NCBI GenBank assembly: GCA_021200075.1
Contig: JAJQGZ010000076.1
Location: 1-35,578 of the forward strand
From: Clostridiales bacterium
Lineage (GTDB): Bacteria; Bacillota; Clostridia; Oscillospirales; Acutalibacteraceae
Reading direction: 5' to 3'
Length of the DNA: 35,578 nucleotides
Under the pieces are notes generated by a model, which did not search any database, was not told where the DNA came from, and saw only the letters and a list, made by a program, of their open reading frames with translations. Shown in pieces: positions 24,184 through 32,646 of the stretch. The first letter of the stretch is position 1. Each line of letters begins with the position of its first letter. Both the position numbers and the translations under genes were made by a program.

Positions 24184-25434
24184 TTATTCGCTTCTTAAAG
24201 CGTCTATCGGGCTCATTTGCGCAGCCTTTCTCGCAGGATAAATTCCGAAGAAAAGACCTACGCCGCTTGAAAACAGCAATGCTATAAGTATGAGCCACCA
24301 TGTTATATTCGGCGATATATCAATCAGTGAGCACGCCGCAAACGCTCCTGCAACTCCTATTGCCATACCTATTACACCGCCTATCAGGCATAGTATTATC
24401 GACTCGGTTAGGAATTGCGTTGTAATGACTCGTGTCTTTGCACCGAGCGATTTTCGTATACCTATCTCCCGCGTTCGTTCGGTTACGGAAACGAGCATAA
24501 TATTCATAACGCCTATACCGCCGACTATCAGCGAAATTGCACCGACACAGGCGATAAATGTGGTAAGTACGGACATAATTATATCAACAATTTCAATATA
24601 TGTAGCCATATTTTGAGCGGTGTACATACTGTCGGAATAATTGCTGTGAGCAGACTTTAGATAGTTGATAGCGGCATTGCCTATTGCATCGTAATCATAT
24701 CCGTCCTCGGCAATAACAAACACACTGCTGAGCTGTGCGTCTGTACCTGTAATCTGCATAAGTGTGGTACAAGGGATAAACAGCGCTATTATAACTGAAT
24801 CAGAACTGCTTGAAAACATACTTGAAAGCGAGCTTGAACCGCCGAGAGAACCCGCAAGACTATCTATATTTGCGACGCCGCAAATTTTTACTTTCATAGA
24901 TTTACCGCTTGAAGAAACGGTTATATATTCGTTCGTAACATCCGTATATCCGAATGCCGTTTCCGCTGAATTTGTACCGATTACCGCTACAGGCGAGCTT
25001 GAATTATATTCCTCATCTGTAAAAAACCGACCGTATTCGCAGGTGTCTGTCAGTGCAAACTGAACATCGCTGTTTACGCCTATAAGCATTGCTATGGCTT
25101 CGGTTGTGGTGGAGTCTATTGTCGCTCTTCCGAAGCCCATAAACATCGGCGAACATCGTTCAACACCATTTACCTTATTTTTAATATTATCAACATCATC
25201 AAGTGTGATATAGTCAGAATCCGTTGCACTCGTGGAATCAACGCTGACAAGCACCGCATTTGAACCCATATCCTCAATAAGACCTACGATGTAGTCTCTT
25301 ACGCCCGTACCTGCGCCGATTATCATAATAACCGAGCTGATACCGATGATGATACCGAGCATTGTAAGAAGACTTCGCATCCAATTGGCTTTAATACATT
25401 TGATTGCTATTTTCAGACTTTCCGAAATATTCAC
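24184..25434 (-). CDS. MacB/FtsX-family (YknZ-like) ABC transporter permease without ATPase domain
   Basis: RSLLTMLGIIIGISSV, extracytoplasmic core, ISLIVGGIGVMNIMLVSVTERTREIGIRKSLGA, GIYPARKAAQMSPIDALR; GTG start. Confidence 0.95.
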   Translation of the reverse strand: MNISESLKIAIKCIKANWMRSLLTMLGIIIGISSVIMIIGAGTGVRDYIVGLIEDMGSNAVLVSVDSTSATDSDYITLDDVDNIKNKVNGVERCSPMFMGFGRATIDSTTTEAIAMLIGVNSDVQFALTDTCEYGRFFTDEEYNSSSPVAVIGTNSAETAFGYTDVTNEYITVSSSGKSMKVKICGVANIDSLAGSLGGSSSLSSMFSSSSDSVIIALFIPCTTLMQITGTDAQLSSVFVIAEDGYDYDAIGNAAINYLKSAHSNYSDSMYTAQNMATYIEIVDIIMSVLTTFIACVGAISLIVGGIGVMNIMLVSVTERTREIGIRKSLGAKTRVITTQFLTESIILCLIGGVIGMAIGVAGAFAACSLIDISPNITWWLILIALLFSSGVGLFFGIYPARKAAQMSPIDALRSE

Positions 25435-25449
25435 AGTGAAGTCTCCTTA

Positions 25450-27474
25450 TTAGCTTTCTGAAACTACTTTTACATCGAATGTATCCTCTTCATAATCGGA
25501 CGACGGAGCCGCAACAACCTTGTCTCCGGGTTCAAGTCCGGAAGTAACCTCATAACAGGTATCCGATATAGCACCGGTTTCTATCAAAGTTTTGGTGACG
25601 GTTGAGTCCTCCTCATTATAAAGATATACATACGAACCGGTCTTTTCCATTTTTATGGATTCGTTCGGAACGACCGTAACGCCCTCATAGTAACCGGTTT
25701 GTATTTCAACATTGGCGTCAAATCCGACGGTGATATTTTCATCGGTATTATTGATTGTAACCGTACATTTAACACCCGCTCCACTTTCGGTCAAACTTGA
25801 AAGTCCGCTGATACCCGCCATTGAACCGACGCTGTCAAGAAGCGAAGAATCCGAGCCGCCGGTTGCTATAGGCGCTATCGTGGCGACCTCGCCCTCGTAT
25901 GTACCGTAAGCCGTGGTAATTGTGGCGGTCATTCCCACCTTTACCTTGTGCAAATCATATTCGCCGAGACTGACTGTGGCTACCATTGTATCCATATTTT
26001 CAAGCACTATACCTGCGCTCAATGCGCTTGTTGAGCCGCCGGAGGTAATATCGACAGAGGTTATTACGCCATCGAATGCAGCTTTCCAACCCTCTTTCAT
26101 TTCCGCCTGCTGCTCCTGCATAGTTTCAAGTGCGGATTTTGCGGCTTCAACCATGGCTTCCTGAGTATCGATTAAAGTATCGTCCGCCAGCGCATTGTAA
26201 ATCTCATACTGAGCGTAAAGTGCGGCAAGCTGAATTTGAGATGATGTAAGAGTAGCGTTGTCGGAATCCGCAACACTGCTTGCCAGCGACGAAAAATCTA
26301 TTGACGCAACAGCCGTCTGCACAAGCTCAACCGCTGCATCCTCCTCCACCAAAAGCTTGGCGGAATCAATTATACCCTGCTGTATAGCCTCGGCAATATC
26401 CTCGGCCACAAGCTCGGCAATCGTTTCGCTGTTGAGCTGACCGCTCGATATTGCACTGCTGATTGATGAAGCTATCACCTGAGTAAGAGTTGTCATAGTT
26501 TCAACATCATCAGTGATAGATGCGATATTATCGCTGAGCGTTTGAAGCGTTGTAACTAAATCGTTAAGCGAAACCTCGGTTGAATTGGTGTCCGAAGTTG
26601 AAACAAATACCGCATAGTAATTTACAACAGAACTGCCGTCGTAGCTGAGCTGCACGGTTTTTGATGTGCTTATCGGGTCGCTGCTGGCGAGAATTGAAGA
26701 TGTGGAAGTATACCAGCCGAAAAAATTATAGCCGTCTGCCGGAGTAGCTACAAGCTGTGTTGAAGTGCTTTGTGAGAATACGCCTCCGCCGGTTACACTG
26801 CCGGCTGCACTGCTCGGATATGCGGAAGCGTTAACTGCCCATTTTGCCGAACCGTCATCAACAGTTGTTGTGGTGGTAGTGGTTGTAGTCTCCTTTGCGG
26901 CGGCTGTTGTGGTTGTTGAAGAAAGAAGACTTGACGGCGTATTACTGCTTTTGGTTGTGGTAGTAGTGGATTTTTTTGTTGTAGTCTTTTTCTTCGTAGT
27001 CACCTTGGTTGTGGTATTAAGCTTCTTTTCAAGCTTGGTAATTTTCTTTTCAAGCTTTTCTATTTTGGTATTTATTTCGTCAGCCTTTTCCTTGGCGGTT
27101 TCCTGTGCTTCAACAGCGTCGTTGTAACTGCTCTTTACATCGTTATATGCATCCTGAAGCGACTGAACCTCGCTGTCAAGCGAATCGGTATCGAATGTAG
27201 CAAGTACATCGCCCTGCTTAACCTCGTCGCCGACGCTGACAAAAACTTCCTTGACCGTGGCTACCGTGCTGACCTTATATTCCTTTTCAGCGCCAGAGGA
27301 AACATCGCCTGTGAGCGAAACCGTCTCGTCAATATCATCGGTGCCGATAGTATAAAGACTGACCTCCTTGCCGCTGTTGGTGCTTGCCACAGCAAATATG
27401 GAACCTGCCGCAATAGCGACAACAAGCACTATACAAGTGATTATTATGCCCTTTTTCTTTTTAACCGTTGCCAT
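25450..27474 (-). CDS. Efflux periplasmic-adaptor (HlyD/MacA/YknX-like membrane fusion protein) with large internal insertion, 674 aa
   Basis: N-terminal KKKK plus TM anchor; lipoyl half-motifs VKEVFVSVGDEVKQGDVLA and AAFDGVITSV; beta-barrel EYDLHKVKVGM..GEVATIAP; C-terminal VVPNESI..EVTSGLEPGDKVV. Confidence 0.88.
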   Translation of the reverse strand: MATVKKKKGIIITCIVLVVAIAAGSIFAVASTNSGKEVSLYTIGTDDIDETVSLTGDVSSGAEKEYKVSTVATVKEVFVSVGDEVKQGDVLATFDTDSLDSEVQSLQDAYNDVKSSYNDAVEAQETAKEKADEINTKIEKLEKKITKLEKKLNTTTKVTTKKKTTTKKSTTTTTKSSNTPSSLLSSTTTTAAAKETTTTTTTTTVDDGSAKWAVNASAYPSSAAGSVTGGGVFSQSTSTQLVATPADGYNFFGWYTSTSSILASSDPISTSKTVQLSYDGSSVVNYYAVFVSTSDTNSTEVSLNDLVTTLQTLSDNIASITDDVETMTTLTQVIASSISSAISSGQLNSETIAELVAEDIAEAIQQGIIDSAKLLVEEDAAVELVQTAVASIDFSSLASSVADSDNATLTSSQIQLAALYAQYEIYNALADDTLIDTQEAMVEAAKSALETMQEQQAEMKEGWKAAFDGVITSVDITSGGSTSALSAGIVLENMDTMVATVSLGEYDLHKVKVGMTATITTAYGTYEGEVATIAPIATGGSDSSLLDSVGSMAGISGLSSLTESGAGVKCTVTINNTDENITVGFDANVEIQTGYYEGVTVVPNESIKMEKTGSYVYLYNEEDSTVTKTLIETGAISDTCYEVTSGLEPGDKVVAAPSSDYEEDTFDVKVVSES

Positions 27475-27554
27475 AAAATAACCCTCTGTTCAAAAATATT
27501 CATTTCATGCTGAAGCGAATACTCGCTCAGTATTTTATTTTTATTTTGTATTCT

Positions 27555-27605
27555 AGTATAATTCCGTTTTGTATAATTATCAATAACTTTTTGTAAAATT
27601 ATCAA
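27555..27605 (-). promoter_or_regulatory. Promoter of the efflux operon with 17-bp direct repeats at 22-bp period
   Basis: TTGATA (27578-27583)-N17-TATACT (27555-27560); ttttgtataattatcaa (27567-27583) and ttttgtaaaattatcaa (27589-27605). Confidence 0.6.
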
Positions 27606-27669
27606 GAATTAACATTTTGTTTTTAATTTGTTTTTTATTTTTTTCTATTTTTTTCAAATTGACATTCGC

Positions 27670-28944
27670 TCAGTCTGCCGACAAAGCTCTTTTGCCTATA
27701 TCCTTTCTGTAAAAACCGCCATCAAAGCTGATTTTTTCAACCGCATTATATGATTTATCGAGTGCCTCTTGCAGAGTATCTCCGAGTGCGGTAACGCCGA
27801 GAACACGACCGCCCGATGTTACGAGCTTGCCGTCCTTTATCGCCGTGCCTGCGTGATAAACCGTAACACCGTCAAGCTGACCATTTTCAAGTCCGTTTAT
27901 TTTAATCCCCTTGGGGTACGATTTAGGATAACCGCTGGACGCCATAACAACACAGGCGCAGGCTTCGTCCGACCATTCAATATCAAGCTCCGAAAGAGTT
28001 TCGTTGTTGATAGCGTCAAAAATATCCATAATATCCGTTTTAAGTCTTGGCAAAACAACCTGCGTTTCCGGATCGCCGAAACGGCAGTTGTATTCGATAA
28101 CCTTTGGGCCGTTTGCGGTAATCATCAAGCCGAAATAAAGACAGCCTTTAAACGGTCTGCCCTCGCTGTTCATAGCGTTTGTCGTGGGGATAAAAATCTC
28201 GTTCATACATCTTTCGGCAACATCGGGAGTATAAAACGGATTTGGAGAAACGGTGCCCATACCGCCGGTATTAAGACTCTTATCGCCGTCAAGCACCCTT
28301 TTGTGATCCATTGAGGACACCATCGGCTTAACGCACTTTCCGTCGGTAAAAGCTAAAATCGAAACCTCGGGCCCTGTGAGAAATTCCTCAACAACAACCT
28401 TGTTACCCGATTCGCCGAAAATTTTATCCTCCATAATTTCCTTTATTCCTGCCTCTGCCTGTTCAAGAGTTTCGGGAATAATTACGCCCTTACCGAGCGC
28501 AAGACCGTCCGCTTTGATAACCGTGGGAAATTCGTTCTTTTCTTTAATATATTCCACAGCGTCCTCGGGGTTGTCAAAAACCTTGTACTGTGCGGTTGGA
28601 ATATTATATTTGAGCATAAGATTTTTTGAAAAAACCTTTGAGCTTTCAATAACGGCGGCATTTGCTTTCGGCCCGAAAGTTGGGAAACCGGCATCGTTAA
28701 GTGCGTCCACCATACCCATTGCAAGCGGGTCGTCGGGAGCAACGGCTACAAAATCCGTCCCAATTTCCTTGGCGAGCGAAACAACGCCATCAATATCCGT
28801 AGCGGAGACATTATAACATTCGGCGTCATATGATATACCGCCGTTACCAGGACAGCAGACAACGCTGTCAACTCTCTTTGATTCCTTAATTTTCCTGACA
28901 AGGGCGTGTTCTCTGCCGCCACCGCCTACTACTAAAACTTTCAT
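27670..28944 (-). CDS. purD: Phosphoribosylamine--glycine ligase
   Basis: MKVLVVGGGGREHAL, KADGLALGKGV, EEFLTGPEVS, NTGGMG, EYNCRFGDPETQ, YHAGT, SGGRVL. Confidence 0.98.
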   Translation of the reverse strand: MKVLVVGGGGREHALVRKIKESKRVDSVVCCPGNGGISYDAECYNVSATDIDGVVSLAKEIGTDFVAVAPDDPLAMGMVDALNDAGFPTFGPKANAAVIESSKVFSKNLMLKYNIPTAQYKVFDNPEDAVEYIKEKNEFPTVIKADGLALGKGVIIPETLEQAEAGIKEIMEDKIFGESGNKVVVEEFLTGPEVSILAFTDGKCVKPMVSSMDHKRVLDGDKSLNTGGMGTVSPNPFYTPDVAERCMNEIFIPTTNAMNSEGRPFKGCLYFGLMITANGPKVIEYNCRFGDPETQVVLPRLKTDIMDIFDAINNETLSELDIEWSDEACACVVMASSGYPKSYPKGIKINGLENGQLDGVTVYHAGTAIKDGKLVTSGGRVLGVTALGDTLQEALDKSYNAVEKISFDGGFYRKDIGKRALSAD

Positions 28945-28972
28945 TCTCTTATCCTCCTGAAAACACTTTTAA

Positions 28973-28989
28973 GGTGACCGTAAGTCACC
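28973..28989. other. Short intergenic hairpin between purO-like gene and purD
   Basis: ggtgac-cgtaa-gtcacc. Confidence 0.4.
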
Positions 28990-28997
28990 CTATTGAT

Positions 28998-29699
28998 TTA
29001 TTTGTTTTTATTTATAATCCTTGTGTCCTCTTCTCCGCTTTCAATATCAATAAAACGAGTAAAGAGCGACACCTTGTTATCGTCATTAAGACTGCTCCAC
29101 ACTGTATCGGTGAAGCTGTCAATATCTCCATCAATTTCAACGGCGACGGGTTCGCCCTCAAACGACGGGAGAGGCGAGCCGTCCCCTTGGTAAGTATGAA
29201 TAAATCTGCCGACGCCGTTTGACTTTGTATATTCAAAGAAATATCTGAGACATCTCGGCTGACCCATATCGGACTTTAATATGGAAAGCACATAATCGCC
29301 GTCGGGCTTAACCACGCCGGAAATCCTGGGGGTATAATGCGGAGCGTCCGGCTCAAACTCACGAGTGAGCAATGCGTGGCGGTAACAATGACCGTCCTGC
29401 ATAAAGTCGTATATAGTATCCGTCTGGTCGCCGTTTGTGACAATTGTTTTGCCGTCGAGCTTCAGCACGGGATTATATATTATCAAGGACGGATCCTCCA
29501 CCTTGGATTCATCAAAAGTCTTTGTGCGAATACCACCTCGGTCGTTTACTTCAAAAATCCTGTTGCGGCTGTTTTCGCTCCTGCCCATTATAAAATAAGT
29601 AATTATCACATATTTTCCGTCTTTTGATGTGCCGAGAACTATACCTCTGCCCGGATAAGAATTTGCACCGAGCTCTGCTGAAAGTGATTTTATCTGCAT
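28998..29699 (-). CDS. Stand-alone IMP cyclohydrolase (PurO-like family)
   Basis: YPGRGI, YFIMGRSENSRNR, DPSLIIY, IVTNGDQTD, FEPDAPHYTPRISG, FIHTY; lies inside the pur operon. Confidence 0.9.
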   Translation of the reverse strand: MQIKSLSAELGANSYPGRGIVLGTSKDGKYVIITYFIMGRSENSRNRIFEVNDRGGIRTKTFDESKVEDPSLIIYNPVLKLDGKTIVTNGDQTDTIYDFMQDGHCYRHALLTREFEPDAPHYTPRISGVVKPDGDYVLSILKSDMGQPRCLRYFFEYTKSNGVGRFIHTYQGDGSPLPSFEGEPVAVEIDGDIDSFTDTVWSSLNDDNKVSLFTRFIDIESGEEDTRIINKNK

Positions 29700-29707
29700 A
29701 ATTTACC

Positions 29708-30331
29708 TCATATAATTTCTGTTTTTTTACCGTTTACCTTTATCCTGCCCTCGCAAAAGAGCGAAACCGCTTTCGGCAAAATAATCCATTCGCACTGCTC
29801 CATAACTCTTTTTTGCAGAGTTTCGGGAGTGTCATCGTTTTTGACATCTATTGCCTTTTGCATAATTATCGGGCCGCCGTCACATTCCTCGGTAACGAAA
29901 TGCACGGTTGCACCGGTGAGCTTAACGCCGCTTTCAAGCACCGCCTTGTGGACATTCAGTCCGTAAAATCCCTTACCGCAAAAAGAGGGAATCAGCGCAG
30001 GATGAATATTCATCATACGGTTTGGAAAAGCCTTTACCACTTGGTCGTCAAGAATAATCATAAATCCCGCATAAACCACCAAATCCGCCTTTTCCCCAAG
30101 GAGTGCATCCCTTATCGCAAGGGAATATTTATGTATATCGTCATAGCTTTTCCTGTCTATAACTCGGGTAGCAATACCGTTTTTCTCCGCCCTTTCAAGC
30201 GCATAGGCATTAGGGTTTGAGGAGATAACGCATTTTATTTCCCCATTTTTGATTATACCGCTTTTTTGAGCGTCGATAAGAGCCTGAAGATTTGTTCCAC
30301 CGCTGGAAACAAGCACGGCAATATTCATCAT
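29708..30331 (-). CDS. purN: Phosphoribosylglycinamide formyltransferase
   Basis: [41 protein letters not shown]. Confidence 0.97.
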   Translation of the reverse strand: MMNIAVLVSSGGTNLQALIDAQKSGIIKNGEIKCVISSNPNAYALERAEKNGIATRVIDRKSYDDIHKYSLAIRDALLGEKADLVVYAGFMIILDDQVVKAFPNRMMNIHPALIPSFCGKGFYGLNVHKAVLESGVKLTGATVHFVTEECDGGPIIMQKAIDVKNDDTPETLQKRVMEQCEWIILPKAVSLFCEGRIKVNGKKTEII

Positions 30332-31365
30332 ACAAGCTCCACTCCCTTTTCGCCGTTTTTAATTTCACCGATTACCTTTGCACTTTCGCCGTTTTGCTCA
30401 AGGATCCTTACCGCCTCGTCCGCTTTGTCGCCGTCAACGGCAATAACAAGACCGGTGCCCATATTGAATGTGTTGTACATATCTCTTTTAGGAATATCGC
30501 CCTGCTTTGCAATAAGGTCGAATATCGGCTTTTTAAAGCACTTGTCTTTTTCGATAACAGCGGTGAAGCCGTCGTTTAACATTCTCGGGACATTCTCGTA
30601 AAATCCGCCGCCGGTTATATGGCTTATTGCGTTTACCGTAATTTTATCCATAAGTGCAAGAAGCGGTTTAACATAAATCCTTGTGGGAGTGAGAAGCTCC
30701 TCGCCGAGAGTTTTGCCAAGCTCCGCCACATTAACCTTGAGCCTTTCCTCTGTTATGTTAAATACCTTTCTTACAAGCGAAAAGCCGTTTGAATGAACAC
30801 CCGAAGAAGCAACGCCGATAAGTGCGTCGCCGGCTTTGAGATTATCGCCCGACACGAGCTTTTCCTTTTCGCCGATACCTACGGTAAAACCGGCAAGGTC
30901 GTATTCGTCATTGGGCATAAGACCCGGATGCTCGGCGGTTTCTCCGCCAACAAGCGCACATCCTGCCTGAATACAGCCCTCCGCCACGCCGGAAACAATC
31001 TGCGCCGTCTTTTCCGGATAATTCTTTCCGCAGGCGATATAATCGAGGAAAAAGAGCGGTTTTGCCCCTGAGCAGGCAACATCATTTACGCACATTGCAA
31101 CGCAGTCGATACCGACCGTATCGTGCTTGTCCATAAGAAATGCTATCTTCAGTTTTGTGCCTACTCCGTCAGTGCCGGAGACGAGAACGGGATTTTTATA
31201 GTCCCCCGCTCCAAGCTCGAACATACCGCCGAAACCGCCGATAGAGCCGATAACGCCGGGGATATTGGTCTTTTTAATGCAATCTTTGATAAGCTCAACG
31301 GATTCATACCCTGCCGTGACATCAACTCCTGCCGCCGCATAGCTTTTGCTGTAACTTTTTTCCAT
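30328..31365 (-). CDS. purM: Phosphoribosylformylglycinamidine cyclo-ligase (AIR synthetase)
   Basis: [55 protein letters not shown]; ATG 31365 preferred. Confidence 0.97.
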   Translation of the reverse strand: MEKSYSKSYAAAGVDVTAGYESVELIKDCIKKTNIPGVIGSIGGFGGMFELGAGDYKNPVLVSGTDGVGTKLKIAFLMDKHDTVGIDCVAMCVNDVACSGAKPLFFLDYIACGKNYPEKTAQIVSGVAEGCIQAGCALVGGETAEHPGLMPNDEYDLAGFTVGIGEKEKLVSGDNLKAGDALIGVASSGVHSNGFSLVRKVFNITEERLKVNVAELGKTLGEELLTPTRIYVKPLLALMDKITVNAISHITGGGFYENVPRMLNDGFTAVIEKDKCFKKPIFDLIAKQGDIPKRDMYNTFNMGTGLVIAVDGDKADEAVRILEQNGESAKVIGEIKNGEKGVELV

Positions 31366-31496
31366 ATTTATTGACCATGCCTTTCCGTCGTTTAACCATT
31401 GGTGCAAAATGGCTTAAATACTTTAAAATATATAATGTATAAATAAATATACAAAGCTTAGTGTAAAACCGAAATTTGAGAGTAAATATTGTTTGC

Positions 31497-32044
31497 TTAC
31501 TGAAGCTTGATTCTGTAATAAGCTCTTTTACCCTCGGTACCGTCCTCATATTTTATAGTCTGATTTTCGGGTGAAAGCTCACGCTTTTTCATACCGGCTT
31601 TTTGCATAACCCTTTTGGAACCGATATTCTCAACATCGCAGGTAGCCGAAAGACCGTAAACATCCTGAGTTTTCATATACTCGATTACGGCTTTAACAGC
31701 CTCTGTCATAATACCCATATTTTTCAGCGACATATCAAGCTTGTAGCTGAACGAATATATTTTCCTGACTGACTTTACCGGAAGAAGCTCGATAAATCCA
31801 CGCATTTTGCCGTCATAAACTATCGCCCAGATATAATAATCCTTGTTGCGGTAATGACGAATCCTGCCGACGGTAAAACGGAATATCGCCCAAGTGTCCG
31901 GCGGTTTACGGCTCATAGAAAATCTTGCGATTTTAGGATCCGAATACCATTTTTTTTGACCGAGAAAAAATCCGTAGGAAGTATTTTGCGAAGAACAAGC
32001 CTTTCGGTTTTAATAGTGGTTGTACCATATTTTTTACTGCTCAT
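31497..32044 (-). pseudogene. GNAT (RimJ/RimL-type) N-acetyltransferase, frameshifted
   Basis: ATG 32044 gives MSSKKYGTTTIKTERLVLRK (typical RimL start); the T8 run at 31950-31957 breaks the join to WYSDP..WAI..NMGIMTEA..NIGSKRVMQKAGM. Confidence 0.85.
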
Positions 32045-32084
32045 AATCTATAAAATTAATATTATCATTTATATTTCTTTGATT

Positions 32085-32582
32085 TTATATTTCTTTGATT
32101 TTTTCCTGCATTGCCTTATCCTTTTCACGGACTTGGTCTGCCATATCCAAACGCATCTGAGCAAGCTTTTGAGCCAAATCGTCGTCGCCGACGGCAAGTA
32201 TTTCCGCCGCAAGGAGCGCCGCATTTTTGGAAGCGTTTACGCCGACCGTGGCAACCGGTATTCCCGGAGGCATCATAACGGTTGCAAACATTGCGTCCAT
32301 GCCATCAAGAACCTTTGCCGAGCAAGGGATTCCGATTACCGGAAGCGTGGTGGAAGCCGCCAAAACTCCGCCGAGATGCGCCGCCATACCTGCCGCCGCA
32401 ATTATTACTCCGAAGCCGTTTTTAATCGCATTTTCGGAAAATTCCTGTGCTTCCTTTGGAGTTCTGTGAGCGCTTATTACCCTGACCTCGGTTTCGATTC
32501 CAAGCTCTTTGAGCTGCTTTATCGCCGGTGTAACTGTGGGCAAATCGCTGTCAGATCCCATTATTATTGCTACCTTTTTCAT
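32085..32582 (-). CDS. purE: N5-carboxyaminoimidazole ribonucleotide mutase
   Basis: MKKVAIIMGSDSD, SAHRTP, AGMAAHL, PVIGIP, MPPGIPVATV; AAAGGA RBS. Confidence 0.98.
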   Translation of the reverse strand: MKKVAIIMGSDSDLPTVTPAIKQLKELGIETEVRVISAHRTPKEAQEFSENAIKNGFGVIIAAAGMAAHLGGVLAASTTLPVIGIPCSAKVLDGMDAMFATVMMPPGIPVATVGVNASKNAALLAAEILAVGDDDLAQKLAQMRLDMADQVREKDKAMQEKIKEI

Positions 32583-32618
32583 AAATGTAATTCCTTTCAA
32601 TATTAATAAAATAATCTA

Positions 32619-32646
32619 TATATATAGCTAATTATATATAGCTAAT
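32619..32646. repeat. Perfect 14-bp tandem duplication (tatatatagctaat)x2 at the 3' end of the LRR gene
   Basis: Copies at 32619-32632 and 32633-32646. Confidence 0.85.

Noticed and set aside
31465-31477. PurR box-like AAAACCGAAATTT upstream of purM
   Set aside because: Single imperfect match in AT-rich DNA with no partner box; not supportable.
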